IMG/VR virus record: IMGVR_UViG_3300032294_002710
Coordinates: 32,001 to 96,000 of that record
Direction: 5' to 3' (one strand)
Length of the DNA: 64,000 bases
DNA from: a virus
The translations under genes were made by a program, and so were the position numbers. Every line of letters begins with the position of its first letter. Within the stretch, counting starts at the first letter, position 1. Positions 49,143 through 59,657 of the stretch are shown here, one piece after another. The notes beneath the pieces were generated by a model. The model was not told where the DNA came from, searched no databases, and was given only the letters and a program-made list of their open reading frames with translations.

Positions 49143-51448
49143 TAAGAAAATATTCAAATTTTAGATACTTTTTTTTATTGGAATCACTTTTAAAAGTGGA
49201 TCCTGAATTTCTTAATTTATTGAAAGATACTTCCTCAAAAGATCCAATCGCTAAAATGTTATTAGGATTAATTGATCAGGATATCACTACAAATGTTAAT
49301 TACTTAAAACCATCTGATAAGAATGATGATGTTAAATTTGTTAATGATACACAAGTAAAAAGATTTTTAGATGCTGGTCAAGATCCTTTTGATAGAGCTA
49401 CAAATAGTGCTAAAATTGGTAGAACAGTTAGACAAATATTAACCGCTAATAAAATAAGTTTCACAGACCAGCAAATTGAAAAGTTTGTAAACACTTATAA
49501 AAATTCTTGGGATAGAAAATATAAAAAAACAGGTGAAGGTCTTCACTTAATATCAGGTGAGGAAATTAGACATTGGTATCTTGAAAGTACATATGTTCCA
49601 GGTGGTGGGACTCTCAATAACTCTTGTATGAGATATCAAGAAACTCAGGAATTTTTAAATATTTATACTGAGAATCCAGATACTTGTCAATTACTAATTC
49701 TCGTTGATGATAAGAATAGATTATTAGGTAGAGCACTACTTTGGAAGTTAATAGATGGTACTGGTAAGTCACCTTACTTTTTGGACAGAATCTATACAAG
49801 ATTTGATAGTGACGCTGAAAAATTTGCTGATTGGTTTAGAGATTTTATAAAGGCAAAAGATGACAATTTTAGCGCACATTTTCTTGGTAGAACACACGGC
49901 TGTAGAGTTCAATTGAAAAAATGGAAATTTAAACTTTATCCATATATGGATACCTTTGCTATATTAGACTACAATGACGGTATTTTACTTACATATGATG
50001 GTGAGGATAGAAAAAGGATTCAATATCATATTCAAAATACTGGTGGTTATCCAAATGTACCAGGTCATAATTGGTCAGAAAAACATCAAATGTGGATTCT
50101 TTCTAGTGAGGCTATTTGGATTGGTGATTTAGATGATTATGTCCTAAAATCAGATTGTGTTAAGAATTATAAAGATGAATTTATTTATAAAGAATTTGCG
50201 GTTTATTCTGAATTCTACAAATCCTATATTAATAAGATTACTGCTGTTGAAGAAGAAGGATTTGGATTAGTTGATAGTGATGATGTTTGCTATGTTTATG
50301 ATAGTATTGAGAATGGAAAACCCGCTAAAAAGAAAAAGTATTTGTACTCACTTTTAGGAGATTCTGAGTATGGGAAAGTAGAAAGTGGATGGATTGATTA
50401 TTGGATAAATAAAAAATATTTAACTTATGACTGCTATTCAAATGAGTTTTTAATTTTAAAAGATGATATGTTTGAAGAGTATGAGAAATTATATCCTATT
50501 AAAAAGCAAGATTTTGATAAAATTGATGAAGAAAGTAAATGGTTTAAGGGTGTTGATCTATACTATGACTCATTTGGTATAAGTGATCTTTATACTAGAA
50601 CACCATTAGTTCTGCATTTCTATGACTCTACTAAAGAAGAAAGAAGATATCTTTTACCAGAATCATTTATGAATGCCTTTGAATTTAAAAAAGTGGATAA
50701 TTTTTTGGTGATAAGAAAATCTACCTTTTTAACAGGATTTAAGCAAATGTGTTATGACTACACTTTAGATTTTTTAAAGAAGATAGGAGTGAGTAGTCCG
50801 GAAATGTTAGATAAGTTAAAAGATATCAATGATGAGTTAACTAGTAGGTCTAGTGATTATCGAACTTTAAATAAAAATTATATGGAAATGAAAAAGTGTG
50901 GCAGTTACAAGGAGCTTTTTAACTCTAAGATTGCTGAACTATTTAATAGAAATAAAATTTTAGAAAATTTAGGAAGTGAAGAATCTATAAATAAATTTAT
51001 TACATTTTTAAAAGAAAATCGACACAGTTTTTCATTTTACACTAACTATGAGGGGTCTGATTCGCGAGTACGAGATGAACTAATTGAGGTCAATTATATA
51101 GATGAGGATATTAGTCAAAAAATTTCTAAGTTCATTGAAACATTTAAAAAACAAATAATTTTCTCTGCATATTGGTATGTACTTATAAATGATATGGATT
51201 ATGTTCAAGAATTATTGAGTAGATATTGTGAACAGAATAAATTGCAACAATCTCCTACGTTAGTTAAGTATTATGTTAGGTATGATGATGTTGGTGCAAA
51301 TTTCGCGGAAAGTGTCGCTTCTGCTAGAAGTGATTTTGGTGATATGTATGATTACAGAAAGATTTGTACTGAACAAAATATAAGCAGGAATACTTGGACT
51401 AAAAATAGCGAAGATGTTTATAATGATTTTCTATCGAGGTTAAAATAA
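49139..51448 (+). CDS. SC(M/Q)/GRALLW family protein, paralog 3, with long C-terminal extension
   Basis: KIGRTVR, QIEKFVN, NSCMRY, GRALLW, LDRIY, YPYMDT. Confidence 0.65.
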   Translation: MIRKYSNFRYFFLLESLLKVDPEFLNLLKDTSSKDPIAKMLLGLIDQDITTNVNYLKPSDKNDDVKFVNDTQVKRFLDAGQDPFDRATNSAKIGRTVRQILTANKISFTDQQIEKFVNTYKNSWDRKYKKTGEGLHLISGEEIRHWYLESTYVPGGGTLNNSCMRYQETQEFLNIYTENPDTCQLLILVDDKNRLLGRALLWKLIDGTGKSPYFLDRIYTRFDSDAEKFADWFRDFIKAKDDNFSAHFLGRTHGCRVQLKKWKFKLYPYMDTFAILDYNDGILLTYDGEDRKRIQYHIQNTGGYPNVPGHNWSEKHQMWILSSEAIWIGDLDDYVLKSDCVKNYKDEFIYKEFAVYSEFYKSYINKITAVEEEGFGLVDSDDVCYVYDSIENGKPAKKKKYLYSLLGDSEYGKVESGWIDYWINKKYLTYDCYSNEFLILKDDMFEEYEKLYPIKKQDFDKIDEESKWFKGVDLYYDSFGISDLYTRTPLVLHFYDSTKEERRYLLPESFMNAFEFKKVDNFLVIRKSTFLTGFKQMCYDYTLDFLKKIGVSSPEMLDKLKDINDELTSRSSDYRTLNKNYMEMKKCGSYKELFNSKIAELFNRNKILENLGSEESINKFITFLKENRHSFSFYTNYEGSDSRVRDELIEVNYIDEDISQKISKFIETFKKQIIFSAYWYVLINDMDYVQELLSRYCEQNKLQQSPTLVKYYVRYDDVGANFAESVASARSDFGDMYDYRKICTEQNISRNTWTKNSEDVYNDFLSRLK

Positions 51449-51508
51449 GAAAAAAGTAGCAAACAATAAAATATATTTTCACTATAAAATCAAAATATAT
51501 TAAACTGT

Positions 51509-52837
51509 ATGACCTCGTCATTAGAAAAAGTTTTTTTTAACTACATATTAAAGAATAAGAAGTATTTTGAAATTATAAGACCGTATTTTTTTAGGAATTC
51601 TGAAATTCAATTTGTATTCGGTATAATCCGTGAATACATGACTAAAAATTCAGATGCTCAAATACCAACACCGAGACAAATTCTCGATATGGTTACTCTC
51701 GAAGATAAAGAAGGAATAATAACAAAAGAAATTTTAAAGTCTCTATTAACAGATAATCTAAAAGATTATGATGAAAAGAATTTCATTGAACCTAAGTTTA
51801 ACGCCTGGATTCTATCAAATAGAATTAAAGCAGGTACTGTAGATATTATCGATGAAACAAGAAATTTTGATAATATATCTGATTTTGAATCTGCTATAGA
51901 AAGAGCAAATAAAATAAGAGCAATCGTTGATGAGATGTCATCAACAAATTTTGTTGATGATGATGATTTAGGATCTGATTTTGATGAACCTGAACTTCAC
52001 GTACAAGATAGTTCAAGGTTTAAAGTTAAGTCCGGGTTCGAAACTATTGATCATATTTTAGGTGGTGGATGGGATATTGGTACACTAAATTGTGTAATGG
52101 CTGAGACTAATAATGGTAAATCACTATGGATGCAAAACTTTGCAGTAAAAACTGCTGATGCTGGTGCTAATGTCTTATACATCACTCTTGAAATGAGTGA
52201 GAGAAAAGTTCTTAAAAGATTGGGTTCAATGCGTTTAAGAATTCCAATTAATGATTATGATACAGTCAGTAAAGATACTGAATTAATAAGAAAAAAGATT
52301 AAGTCTCTCGGTTCGATGAAAGAAGGTGGTGATTTATTTTCTAATAAAGTTGGTAAAATTTATACAAAGTTCTGGGCCGCTGGAACTGCTACTATAAATG
52401 AATTTGATAATTATGTTCAAAAAATTAATCAAAAAAAGGGAATTAAATTTGACATGATTATTGTTGATTATATCACACTTGTTGCACCGGTTAAAGGTGC
52501 TGGTGATAATCTCTATACAAAAGGTAAACACTTGGCTGAGGGTCTAAGAGCTTTAGGTGCTAAATATAAATGTCCAATTATTACGGGAGTACAGGTGGCA
52601 AAGGATGCATGGAATGCATCTGATATAACTTTAGAAAGTGTGCCAGAATCTAAAGCAATTGCTGAAACTGCGGACACTTTTTTTGCTATAATAAGAACTG
52701 AGGAAATGAAACGATTAAATCTCTACAGATTTAAGTTATTAAAGCAAAGAGATGGAGACTTTCTAAAGAGTCAAATAAAACTGACTCTCAACCCTACATA
52801 CTTGACATTGGAAAATGATCAATTTGTAGATTCTTAA
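51509..52837 (+). CDS. gp41: Replicative DnaB-like helicase (gp41)
   Basis: AETNNGKS, YITLEMSE, IIVDYI, AEGLRALG, ESKAIAETAD, KQRDG. Confidence 0.9.
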   Translation: MTSSLEKVFFNYILKNKKYFEIIRPYFFRNSEIQFVFGIIREYMTKNSDAQIPTPRQILDMVTLEDKEGIITKEILKSLLTDNLKDYDEKNFIEPKFNAWILSNRIKAGTVDIIDETRNFDNISDFESAIERANKIRAIVDEMSSTNFVDDDDLGSDFDEPELHVQDSSRFKVKSGFETIDHILGGGWDIGTLNCVMAETNNGKSLWMQNFAVKTADAGANVLYITLEMSERKVLKRLGSMRLRIPINDYDTVSKDTELIRKKIKSLGSMKEGGDLFSNKVGKIYTKFWAAGTATINEFDNYVQKINQKKGIKFDMIIVDYITLVAPVKGAGDNLYTKGKHLAEGLRALGAKYKCPIITGVQVAKDAWNASDITLESVPESKAIAETADTFFAIIRTEEMKRLNLYRFKLLKQRDGDFLKSQIKLTLNPTYLTLENDQFVDS

Positions 52838-52852
52838 AAAATAATTATAAAG

Positions 52853-53788
52853 ATGCCAAAGAAGAAAAAATATGAAGAAGAAGAAGATTTTGAAAACTTT
52901 GATGAGTTGGAAAATGAATCTAGCTTTGATGAAGTTGTAGATGATGATAAGTCTGATGATCTTGATAGCTCAGAAGTAGAGGACATTTTAGGTGATGATG
53001 ACGGTGACTTAGATATAGTAATTGAGATATCTGAAGATCCTATTGATGAAGAAGCACCTAAAGATGAAGATGTTGTTTTATCAAAGCACAAGGTACAAGG
53101 CAAGCACTCCTTAAAGTATGACTCTATTTTTAAGGGTAAAAAAGAGGAAAAGCCAGATGAAGATGGTGGAGATCAAACAGCTATGTATTTCAATGAAAAA
53201 TTTGAAGTAGATAAGTCATCATTTTTCTATGTTGAGTCTTATGATAACGAGTATTATATTAGACAAAAAAATGTTAAAGAGAAGGTTTATAATGTTCTTC
53301 TTCAACATACTAATATAAATTTTCTTAATAATAGAAGAAAACCATCAAAATCGGATTTTAATCACTACTATTATTTACTCAAGGCGAATTTAGACCAAGA
53401 TGGTTTTACTAATATTGAATTATTTAATGAATTATCTGTTTATTTTTCTGATAACCTATTCAACATGTTTAAGCTATTGGATAATAAGTGGAGAAATTTA
53501 ATAATTATTGAATTACAAGATCACATAGGCAAAAATACAAATGCTAAAGATATAACTAATAGAAATATTTATGTTGGTACCGAGTTAGAGTTTTTACAAT
53601 TAGACGCACTTGGAAACCAGAAGACATTTACTGGCGTTGTACTTGAAGCATACTATTCCGAATCTGTTTTTAAAATAGATTCTTATGAGAATGTGTATGA
53701 AGTTCATATATCTTCAATAACAAGAATATTAAATAATTCAAAATTTAAGTATAATTTAAATAAATTAAATAATATTGATTTTTTATAA
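52853..53788 (+). CDS. Hypothetical protein with highly acidic N-terminus
   Basis: 311-aa ORF. Confidence 0.6.
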   Translation: MPKKKKYEEEEDFENFDELENESSFDEVVDDDKSDDLDSSEVEDILGDDDGDLDIVIEISEDPIDEEAPKDEDVVLSKHKVQGKHSLKYDSIFKGKKEEKPDEDGGDQTAMYFNEKFEVDKSSFFYVESYDNEYYIRQKNVKEKVYNVLLQHTNINFLNNRRKPSKSDFNHYYYLLKANLDQDGFTNIELFNELSVYFSDNLFNMFKLLDNKWRNLIIIELQDHIGKNTNAKDITNRNIYVGTELEFLQLDALGNQKTFTGVVLEAYYSESVFKIDSYENVYEVHISSITRILNNSKFKYNLNKLNNIDFL

Positions 53789-53862
53789 TTTTCCAAAAAA
53801 GGTATTTTAATATGAAAAGTCATAACAATATATAAATTTCTAAAAAATAAAAACATACTAAT

Positions 53863-56181
53863 ATGCAAGAAATGATATCGAAAGATGTTAAAAGATCCAC
53901 TCGTAGCAATGAGTTGAGTGTCAAGAAGAGAAATGGTCAAACTGAAGTTTTTGAAGCTGAAAAAATTAATAAAGTATTAATTTGGGCAACATCAGGAATA
54001 AGTGGTGTTTCCGCATCTGATGTGGCGATGAATTCACATCTACAATTCTATCCAGGAATAAAGACATCTGAAATACACAAAGTCTTGATTCAATCAGCAG
54101 TTGATTTGATTTCAGACAAAAATCCAAACTATCAATATGTTGCTTCAAATCTATTGAATTACTTACTTCGTAAAGAAGTTTTTGAAACAAAGAAGGAACT
54201 ACCTTCTCTATTTGAATGTATTAATAGAAATATTAAAGTGGATTTATATGACTCTTTGATACTTGATAAGTACACTCAAGAAGAAATTGCTAAGTGTGAT
54301 TCGTATATCAAACATGAAAGAGATTATGATTTGACATATGCTGGTCTTCAACAATTGATTGATAAATATCTTGTTAAAGATAGAAGCACCGGTAAATCTT
54401 ATGAGACTCCACAGTTTTGTTTTATGATGATTGCTATGACTGTTTTTGCAGATTATGATAAATCTACAAGAATGGATTTTGTAAAAGAATTATATGATAT
54501 GATTTCTGAACATAAGATTTCTTTACCAACACCAATTATGGCTGGTATTAGAACACCAAATCGTCAGTTTTCAAGTTGTACACTAATCGAAGTTGGTGAT
54601 TCATTAGATTCTATATTTCATGGTAATGTTGCAATTGGTCAGTATGTTGCTAAAAGAGCTGGTATTGGAATTAATGCTGGTCAAATTAGAGCACTTGGCT
54701 CAAAGGTTCGTAATGGTGAAGTAGTACACACTGGGGTTATTCCATTTTTTAAGATGTTTCAATCAACTTTACACTCTTGTTCCCAAGGTGGTATTCGCAA
54801 AGGGTCGGCAACTCTTTATTTTCCTTGGTGGCATAAAGAAATCGAGGATGTTCTTGTATTGAAAAACAATAAAGGCACTGACGATAATCGTGTAAGACAC
54901 ATGGACTATGGAATTCAATTTGAGAAAACTTTTTACAGTCGATTTATTTCAAATGGTGATATTGCACTTTTTTCACCTTCTGATGTTCCTGGACTTTATG
55001 ATGTATTTGGTCTCCCAGAATTTGAAGAGCTATATTTAAAATATGAGGCAGATAAAAAAATCCCTAAGACGATTATTAAAGCGAGAGATTTAATGAACTC
55101 TTTTGCACAAGAAAGAATCGGAACTGGTCGTATGTATGTTATGAACATAGATAACGCTAATACTAATTCACCTTTTATTGAAAGATTGAAAATGTCTAAC
55201 TTGTGTGTTGAAATTGTTTTACCAACAGCACCAGTTGAAAATATCTATGATATCGATAATAAGAAAGAAACCGAACAATACTCAGATGCTGAGATTGCAC
55301 TCTGTACATTAGCTGCCTTTAACTTGGGTAATATTAAATCCTGGGCAGAACTTCATAGAGTTGCTGAGTATATTGTTAGAATTCTTGAATATGTAATCGA
55401 GAATCAAGATTATCCAATTAATGCGGCTAAGAAAATGTTAAAGCGTCGATCAGTTGGAGTCGGTGTAACAAACTTTGCATATTGGTTAGCGAAACAAGGA
55501 GTTAAATATTCTGATAAAGAAGCACTTTTCTATGTTGATGAGTTGTTTGAAAACATTCAGTATTCGTTATTGAAAGCTTCAAATAAATTGGCACAAGAAC
55601 TTGGAAAATGTGAGTGGTATGATAAGACTACATATTCTCAAGGTGTTTTACCAATTGATCGTTATAATAAAAATGTTGATGAGTTAGTTAAGAGAGATTA
55701 CTCTTGTGATTGGGACACATTAAGAAAGGACATTGAAGAATTTGGTTTAAGAAATTCTGTATTAACAGCTATTATGCCAGCAGAATCTTCAGCAGTTGTT
55801 CAAAATGCTACTAATGGAATTGAACCAATTCGTTCACTTGTTATCACTAAGAAGTCTAAATCTGGACTTGTTAAACAAGTAGCACCTGAATGTATTAAGT
55901 TGAAGAATAAGTATGAGATGGCATTTGAAATGCCGGATAATCGTGGATATACTAATATCTGTGCTATTATTCAAAAGTGGATCGATCAATCTATATCAGC
56001 TAATCATTACTATCAATATTCATCAGATGGTATTTCAATCGGTGGTGTTATTAAAGATGTGTTATACGCTTATAAGTACGGATTGAAAACATTGTATTAC
56101 GCTAATACAGATGATAAAAAGACAGACGATCTTTCTCAAATGGGTATGGATGGTTGTGAATCAGGAGCTTGTTCGATATGA
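53863..56181 (+). CDS. nrdA: Ribonucleotide reductase class Ia, alpha subunit (with ATP cone)
   Basis: VKKRNG, PTPIMAG, QFSSC, SQGGIRKG, SNLCVEI, C-terminal CESGACSI. Confidence 0.97.
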   Translation: MQEMISKDVKRSTRSNELSVKKRNGQTEVFEAEKINKVLIWATSGISGVSASDVAMNSHLQFYPGIKTSEIHKVLIQSAVDLISDKNPNYQYVASNLLNYLLRKEVFETKKELPSLFECINRNIKVDLYDSLILDKYTQEEIAKCDSYIKHERDYDLTYAGLQQLIDKYLVKDRSTGKSYETPQFCFMMIAMTVFADYDKSTRMDFVKELYDMISEHKISLPTPIMAGIRTPNRQFSSCTLIEVGDSLDSIFHGNVAIGQYVAKRAGIGINAGQIRALGSKVRNGEVVHTGVIPFFKMFQSTLHSCSQGGIRKGSATLYFPWWHKEIEDVLVLKNNKGTDDNRVRHMDYGIQFEKTFYSRFISNGDIALFSPSDVPGLYDVFGLPEFEELYLKYEADKKIPKTIIKARDLMNSFAQERIGTGRMYVMNIDNANTNSPFIERLKMSNLCVEIVLPTAPVENIYDIDNKKETEQYSDAEIALCTLAAFNLGNIKSWAELHRVAEYIVRILEYVIENQDYPINAAKKMLKRRSVGVGVTNFAYWLAKQGVKYSDKEALFYVDELFENIQYSLLKASNKLAQELGKCEWYDKTTYSQGVLPIDRYNKNVDELVKRDYSCDWDTLRKDIEEFGLRNSVLTAIMPAESSAVVQNATNGIEPIRSLVITKKSKSGLVKQVAPECIKLKNKYEMAFEMPDNRGYTNICAIIQKWIDQSISANHYYQYSSDGISIGGVIKDVLYAYKYGLKTLYYANTDDKKTDDLSQMGMDGCESGACSI

Positions 56182-56462
56182 TAAACTGGATTAAAAACTT
56201 ATTTAAAAGGAAAGAGGAACCAATTGATCCTCTTTCTCCAAACAATTGGTCAGTTAGTAGAACTAATGGTAGAGTTATTTATAAAATACCAGTTGGTGAC
56301 CTGAATCCGAAATATGCTCAAAAAACATTAAAAGAATTAATGAATAAATATAACGCCCAGATGCCGATTTCAACCAATTACTGGTTTCCAAGTCCTGATA
56401 TGACTAAAGCTGAAAAGATTGAAAGAATTTTGAATAAAATTCAACCTAAAGAGGAAAATTAA
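56178..56462 (+). CDS. Mini-protein resembling an internal segment of the portal protein
   Basis: RVIYKIPVGDLNPKYAQKTLKELMNKY...YWFP resembles portal QKFTIPVKGLSRQKAEEQIGQLINDY...IWFP; ATG at 56178 overlaps the nrdA stop. Confidence 0.6.
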   Translation: MINWIKNLFKRKEEPIDPLSPNNWSVSRTNGRVIYKIPVGDLNPKYAQKTLKELMNKYNAQMPISTNYWFPSPDMTKAEKIERILNKIQPKEEN

Positions 56463-56489
56463 TATAATAAAGACAATAAAATTAAAAAT

Positions 56490-57566
56490 ATGAAATCAAT
56501 AATTAACTTAAATACAGATTTAGATTTTACAAAAGCACCATTATTCTTTGGTGGCGATCTATCTTTACAAAGATATGATAAATTCAGATATGAGAAGATT
56601 TTCAATATGTTCAAGCAACATATCTCTTATTTCTGGAGGCCTGAAGAAATTAACTTATCAAAAGATAAAGCAGATTTTCAGTCATTAACTGAACATGAGA
56701 AGTTTATCTTTACTAAAAATTTAGGATATCAAATTCTATTGGACTCTGTTCAAAGTCGTGGTATTTCTAATCTTTTAGAAGATTGCTCTAACCAAGAAGT
56801 AGAATTGTTTGCAAAGACTTGGGAATTCTTTGAGACTATTCACTCTTACTCTTATACTTATATTATTAAGAATATCTACTCAAATCCAAGTGAAGTATTT
56901 GATAATATTTTAAAAGATGAAGAGATTGTAAAAAGAACGACTTCTGTTACACATTACTATGATGAGTTGATTAATTCTATTCCAGATGAATCAGAACACG
57001 ATAAGAAGAAGAAATTATATTTAACCCTTGTGTCTATTAATATTCTTGAAGGTATTAGATTTTATGTTTCTTTTGCTTGTTCATACTGTTTTGCACAGAA
57101 CAAGAAGATGGAAGGTAACGCTAAGATTATCTCATTAATTAATCGTGATGAAAACTTACACATGGGATTCACTTCTTTCTTATTGAAGACTTTAAAAGAA
57201 GAGTGGTCAGAAGGGTTCCAACAAATCGCAACTGAGTGTGAACCTCTTGTTATTAAAATGTATGAGGATGCTGCTAAAGAAGAATTAGAGTGGGCTGAGT
57301 ATTTATTTAAAGATGGTTCAATGATTGGATTGAATGCTGAGATTTTAACTCAATATATGAAGTGGTTAACAAATAATCGTATGAAGATTATTGGTTTAGA
57401 GCCTCTTTTTGATAAAGTTCAAAATCCAATTTCTTGGATTAATAACTGGACATCAGGTTCTACATCTGTTCAAAATGCTCCACAGGAAACAGAAATTGAA
57501 ACTTATGTAGTTGGTGCTTATAAGCAAGACATTGATGATGAAAGTTATGATGAATTTAGTTTTTAA
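56490..57566 (+). CDS. nrdB: Ribonucleotide reductase class Ia, beta subunit
   Basis: FWRPEE, LDSVQ, ETIHSYSY, LEGIRFYVSF, RDENLH, APQETE. Confidence 0.97.
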   Translation: MKSIINLNTDLDFTKAPLFFGGDLSLQRYDKFRYEKIFNMFKQHISYFWRPEEINLSKDKADFQSLTEHEKFIFTKNLGYQILLDSVQSRGISNLLEDCSNQEVELFAKTWEFFETIHSYSYTYIIKNIYSNPSEVFDNILKDEEIVKRTTSVTHYYDELINSIPDESEHDKKKKLYLTLVSINILEGIRFYVSFACSYCFAQNKKMEGNAKIISLINRDENLHMGFTSFLLKTLKEEWSEGFQQIATECEPLVIKMYEDAAKEELEWAEYLFKDGSMIGLNAEILTQYMKWLTNNRMKIIGLEPLFDKVQNPISWINNWTSGSTSVQNAPQETEIETYVVGAYKQDIDDESYDEFSF

Positions 57567-57916
57567 TGAATAAGCAAGAATTAATTAAATATTACAACTA
57601 TCTCAATACTAATAAAACAGAACTTTTCAATTCTTTTCATAAATTAAAAAATGATAGAGAATTGAAATTTTCTGTTTTATTAGAGTCCTTTTACTGTGGT
57701 AAAATTGGTGATCTTTCAGATGAATACCTTAATTTGGTCTCAAATATTGAGGATGTTGAGTGTCAGATCAATAGTAAGATAGAAAAAATTGATTTAAACT
57801 CAGATGATTTTAATCTTCTTAAAGAACAGCTGGAAGATTATGGTGAGTTACTTGATGAATCTATCGCTTACTGTGAGTATTTAAAATCTGAAGTCGAAAA
57901 AATAATAAATACATAA
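57566..57916 (+). CDS. Hypothetical protein
   Basis: 116-aa ORF coupled to nrdB. Confidence 0.55.
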   Translation: MNKQELIKYYNYLNTNKTELFNSFHKLKNDRELKFSVLLESFYCGKIGDLSDEYLNLVSNIEDVECQINSKIEKIDLNSDDFNLLKEQLEDYGELLDESIAYCEYLKSEVEKIINT

Positions 57917-59427
57917 TGGAAAAAAAGTTATTACCTTATTTAGTAGTCATTTCCGCTCTTTCAGTATCTTTATCAGCGGCATTCTACTCTGTTACTGGTC
58001 TTGGTAAAATGTTTTCAGGTGCCAGTATGCAGGTTATGATTATGATGGCATCTTTAGAGATAGCCAAGTTAGTATTGGCCTCTTTACTTTATCAATATTG
58101 GAGTAAATTAAATAGAGCATTAAAGACATATTACTTTGTAGCACTTTTCGTGTTGATGTCTATTACATCTGCCGGTATATACGGATATCTTTCATCAGCC
58201 TATTCTGATACTTTAAATAAAGTTGAAAATATTGATAAACAAGTTAAAGTTCTTGAAACTAAGAGAGAAATGTTTCAAACTCAGTTAAATGATGCTAGAT
58301 CTGAAAAAGAACGATTAAATGAAAATATTGCAGAGTTAACAAAAGGCGTATCTAATAACTTTGTGCAGTCTAAGGATAGAAATGGTAATATTATTACTAC
58401 TACTTCGGCCGCTAATAGAAAAGTGTATGAAGAACAATTAAAATCATCTCAGAAAAGACGAGATGATATTCTTCTGGTAGAAACAGCATTAAATGATTCC
58501 ATAACTAAAATCGATTTGAAAAAATTAGATTTGGAAACAAATACTGATATAGCCGGTGAGATAGGTCCTTTGAAGTATATTGCTAAGTTAACTGGTAAAT
58601 CAATGGATGAAGTTATAAACTGGTTTATAATTGCCTTGATGTTAGTATTCGATCCTTTAGCTGTTTCACTTGTTGTTGGTGCCAATGTTATTTTTAGAGA
58701 TAAGAATAAAGAAAAAGAGAAATTAAAACTAAGTGAAGAGATTGATCAAAAGGTTATAGAGTTTGAGAAGAGAAAGGAAGAAATAAAAGAACTAGAAAGT
58801 GATTTTGAGTCAAAGTTATCAGATTTATCTAAGAGGGAAGAGGATATTAATGAGTTGGAAAAAGTTAGATTGGTAGAATATCAGAGTAAGTTTGATTCTT
58901 TAAAGTCTGAATTTGATAATAAAAATCAACAATTAGACGATAGAAGTATTGAATTAGATGAATTGGAAAAACAAATGAGCTCTAATTATGAGAACATTTT
59001 TAAAGATTTAAAATTAAAACAAGATTCATTTGATTCTTATGTTAAAGAAGAAAAGGATAAAATTAAATCTTTAAATAAATCCATATCTGAAAAAGAATCG
59101 GAATTAAAAGAGTTAGAAAAATCTATAGACGATAGAGTAAACAAAGAGATTGAAAATGCAAAATTAAAAATGCAAGAAAAGATTAAGGAGATTAATCTTG
59201 AAAAGCAAAAAGTTACCGAGATGAAAAAACAGATCTCAAAAGATAAAAAAGAATTTGAGGTTGAAAAGGCTAAATTAGAAAAAATGAAAAGTGATGTCAA
59301 TGAGTCTATTCAGGAACTAATATCATTAGATCAAGAGATAAAATCTTGGGAAGATGCACATTGGCAAATGAAGAGAACCAAGGGGTATAATGGACCACCA
59401 CCTCCGCCACCTTCTGCTATTGTGTAA
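57916..59427 (+). CDS. Membrane-anchored coiled-coil protein
   Basis: Three N-terminal TM helices, GPLKYIA...VFDPLA TM segment, long coiled coil. Confidence 0.7.
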   Translation: MEKKLLPYLVVISALSVSLSAAFYSVTGLGKMFSGASMQVMIMMASLEIAKLVLASLLYQYWSKLNRALKTYYFVALFVLMSITSAGIYGYLSSAYSDTLNKVENIDKQVKVLETKREMFQTQLNDARSEKERLNENIAELTKGVSNNFVQSKDRNGNIITTTSAANRKVYEEQLKSSQKRRDDILLVETALNDSITKIDLKKLDLETNTDIAGEIGPLKYIAKLTGKSMDEVINWFIIALMLVFDPLAVSLVVGANVIFRDKNKEKEKLKLSEEIDQKVIEFEKRKEEIKELESDFESKLSDLSKREEDINELEKVRLVEYQSKFDSLKSEFDNKNQQLDDRSIELDELEKQMSSNYENIFKDLKLKQDSFDSYVKEEKDKIKSLNKSISEKESELKELEKSIDDRVNKEIENAKLKMQEKIKEINLEKQKVTEMKKQISKDKKEFEVEKAKLEKMKSDVNESIQELISLDQEIKSWEDAHWQMKRTKGYNGPPPPPPSAIV

Positions 59428-59565
59428 AAAATCCACACTTAAAAAAATTCAAATTTTTGACATCATATATAATAACATCTGAATAATTAAAAATTTTAAA
59501 AAATTTTAAACATCAATTTAAACTTTTTAATTTTTAGTTATAAAAGATAAACAATCAAAAATAAT

Positions 59566-59633
59566 CCAGTAGTGATTTTGAGGGTTACTTCGTATGGTTA
59601 ATGAAAAAAACACTCTTGAAAAGTTATCTCTGG
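59566..59633 (+). ncRNA. Y-RNA-like element 1 (short)
   Basis: Closing stems ccag/ctgg and ttttgagggt/actcttgaaa; GTTACTTCG at 59584 shared with element 2; upstream of the Ro60 gene. Confidence 0.5.
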
Positions 59634-59657
59634 TCAATTATATATTGAATGTTAATA

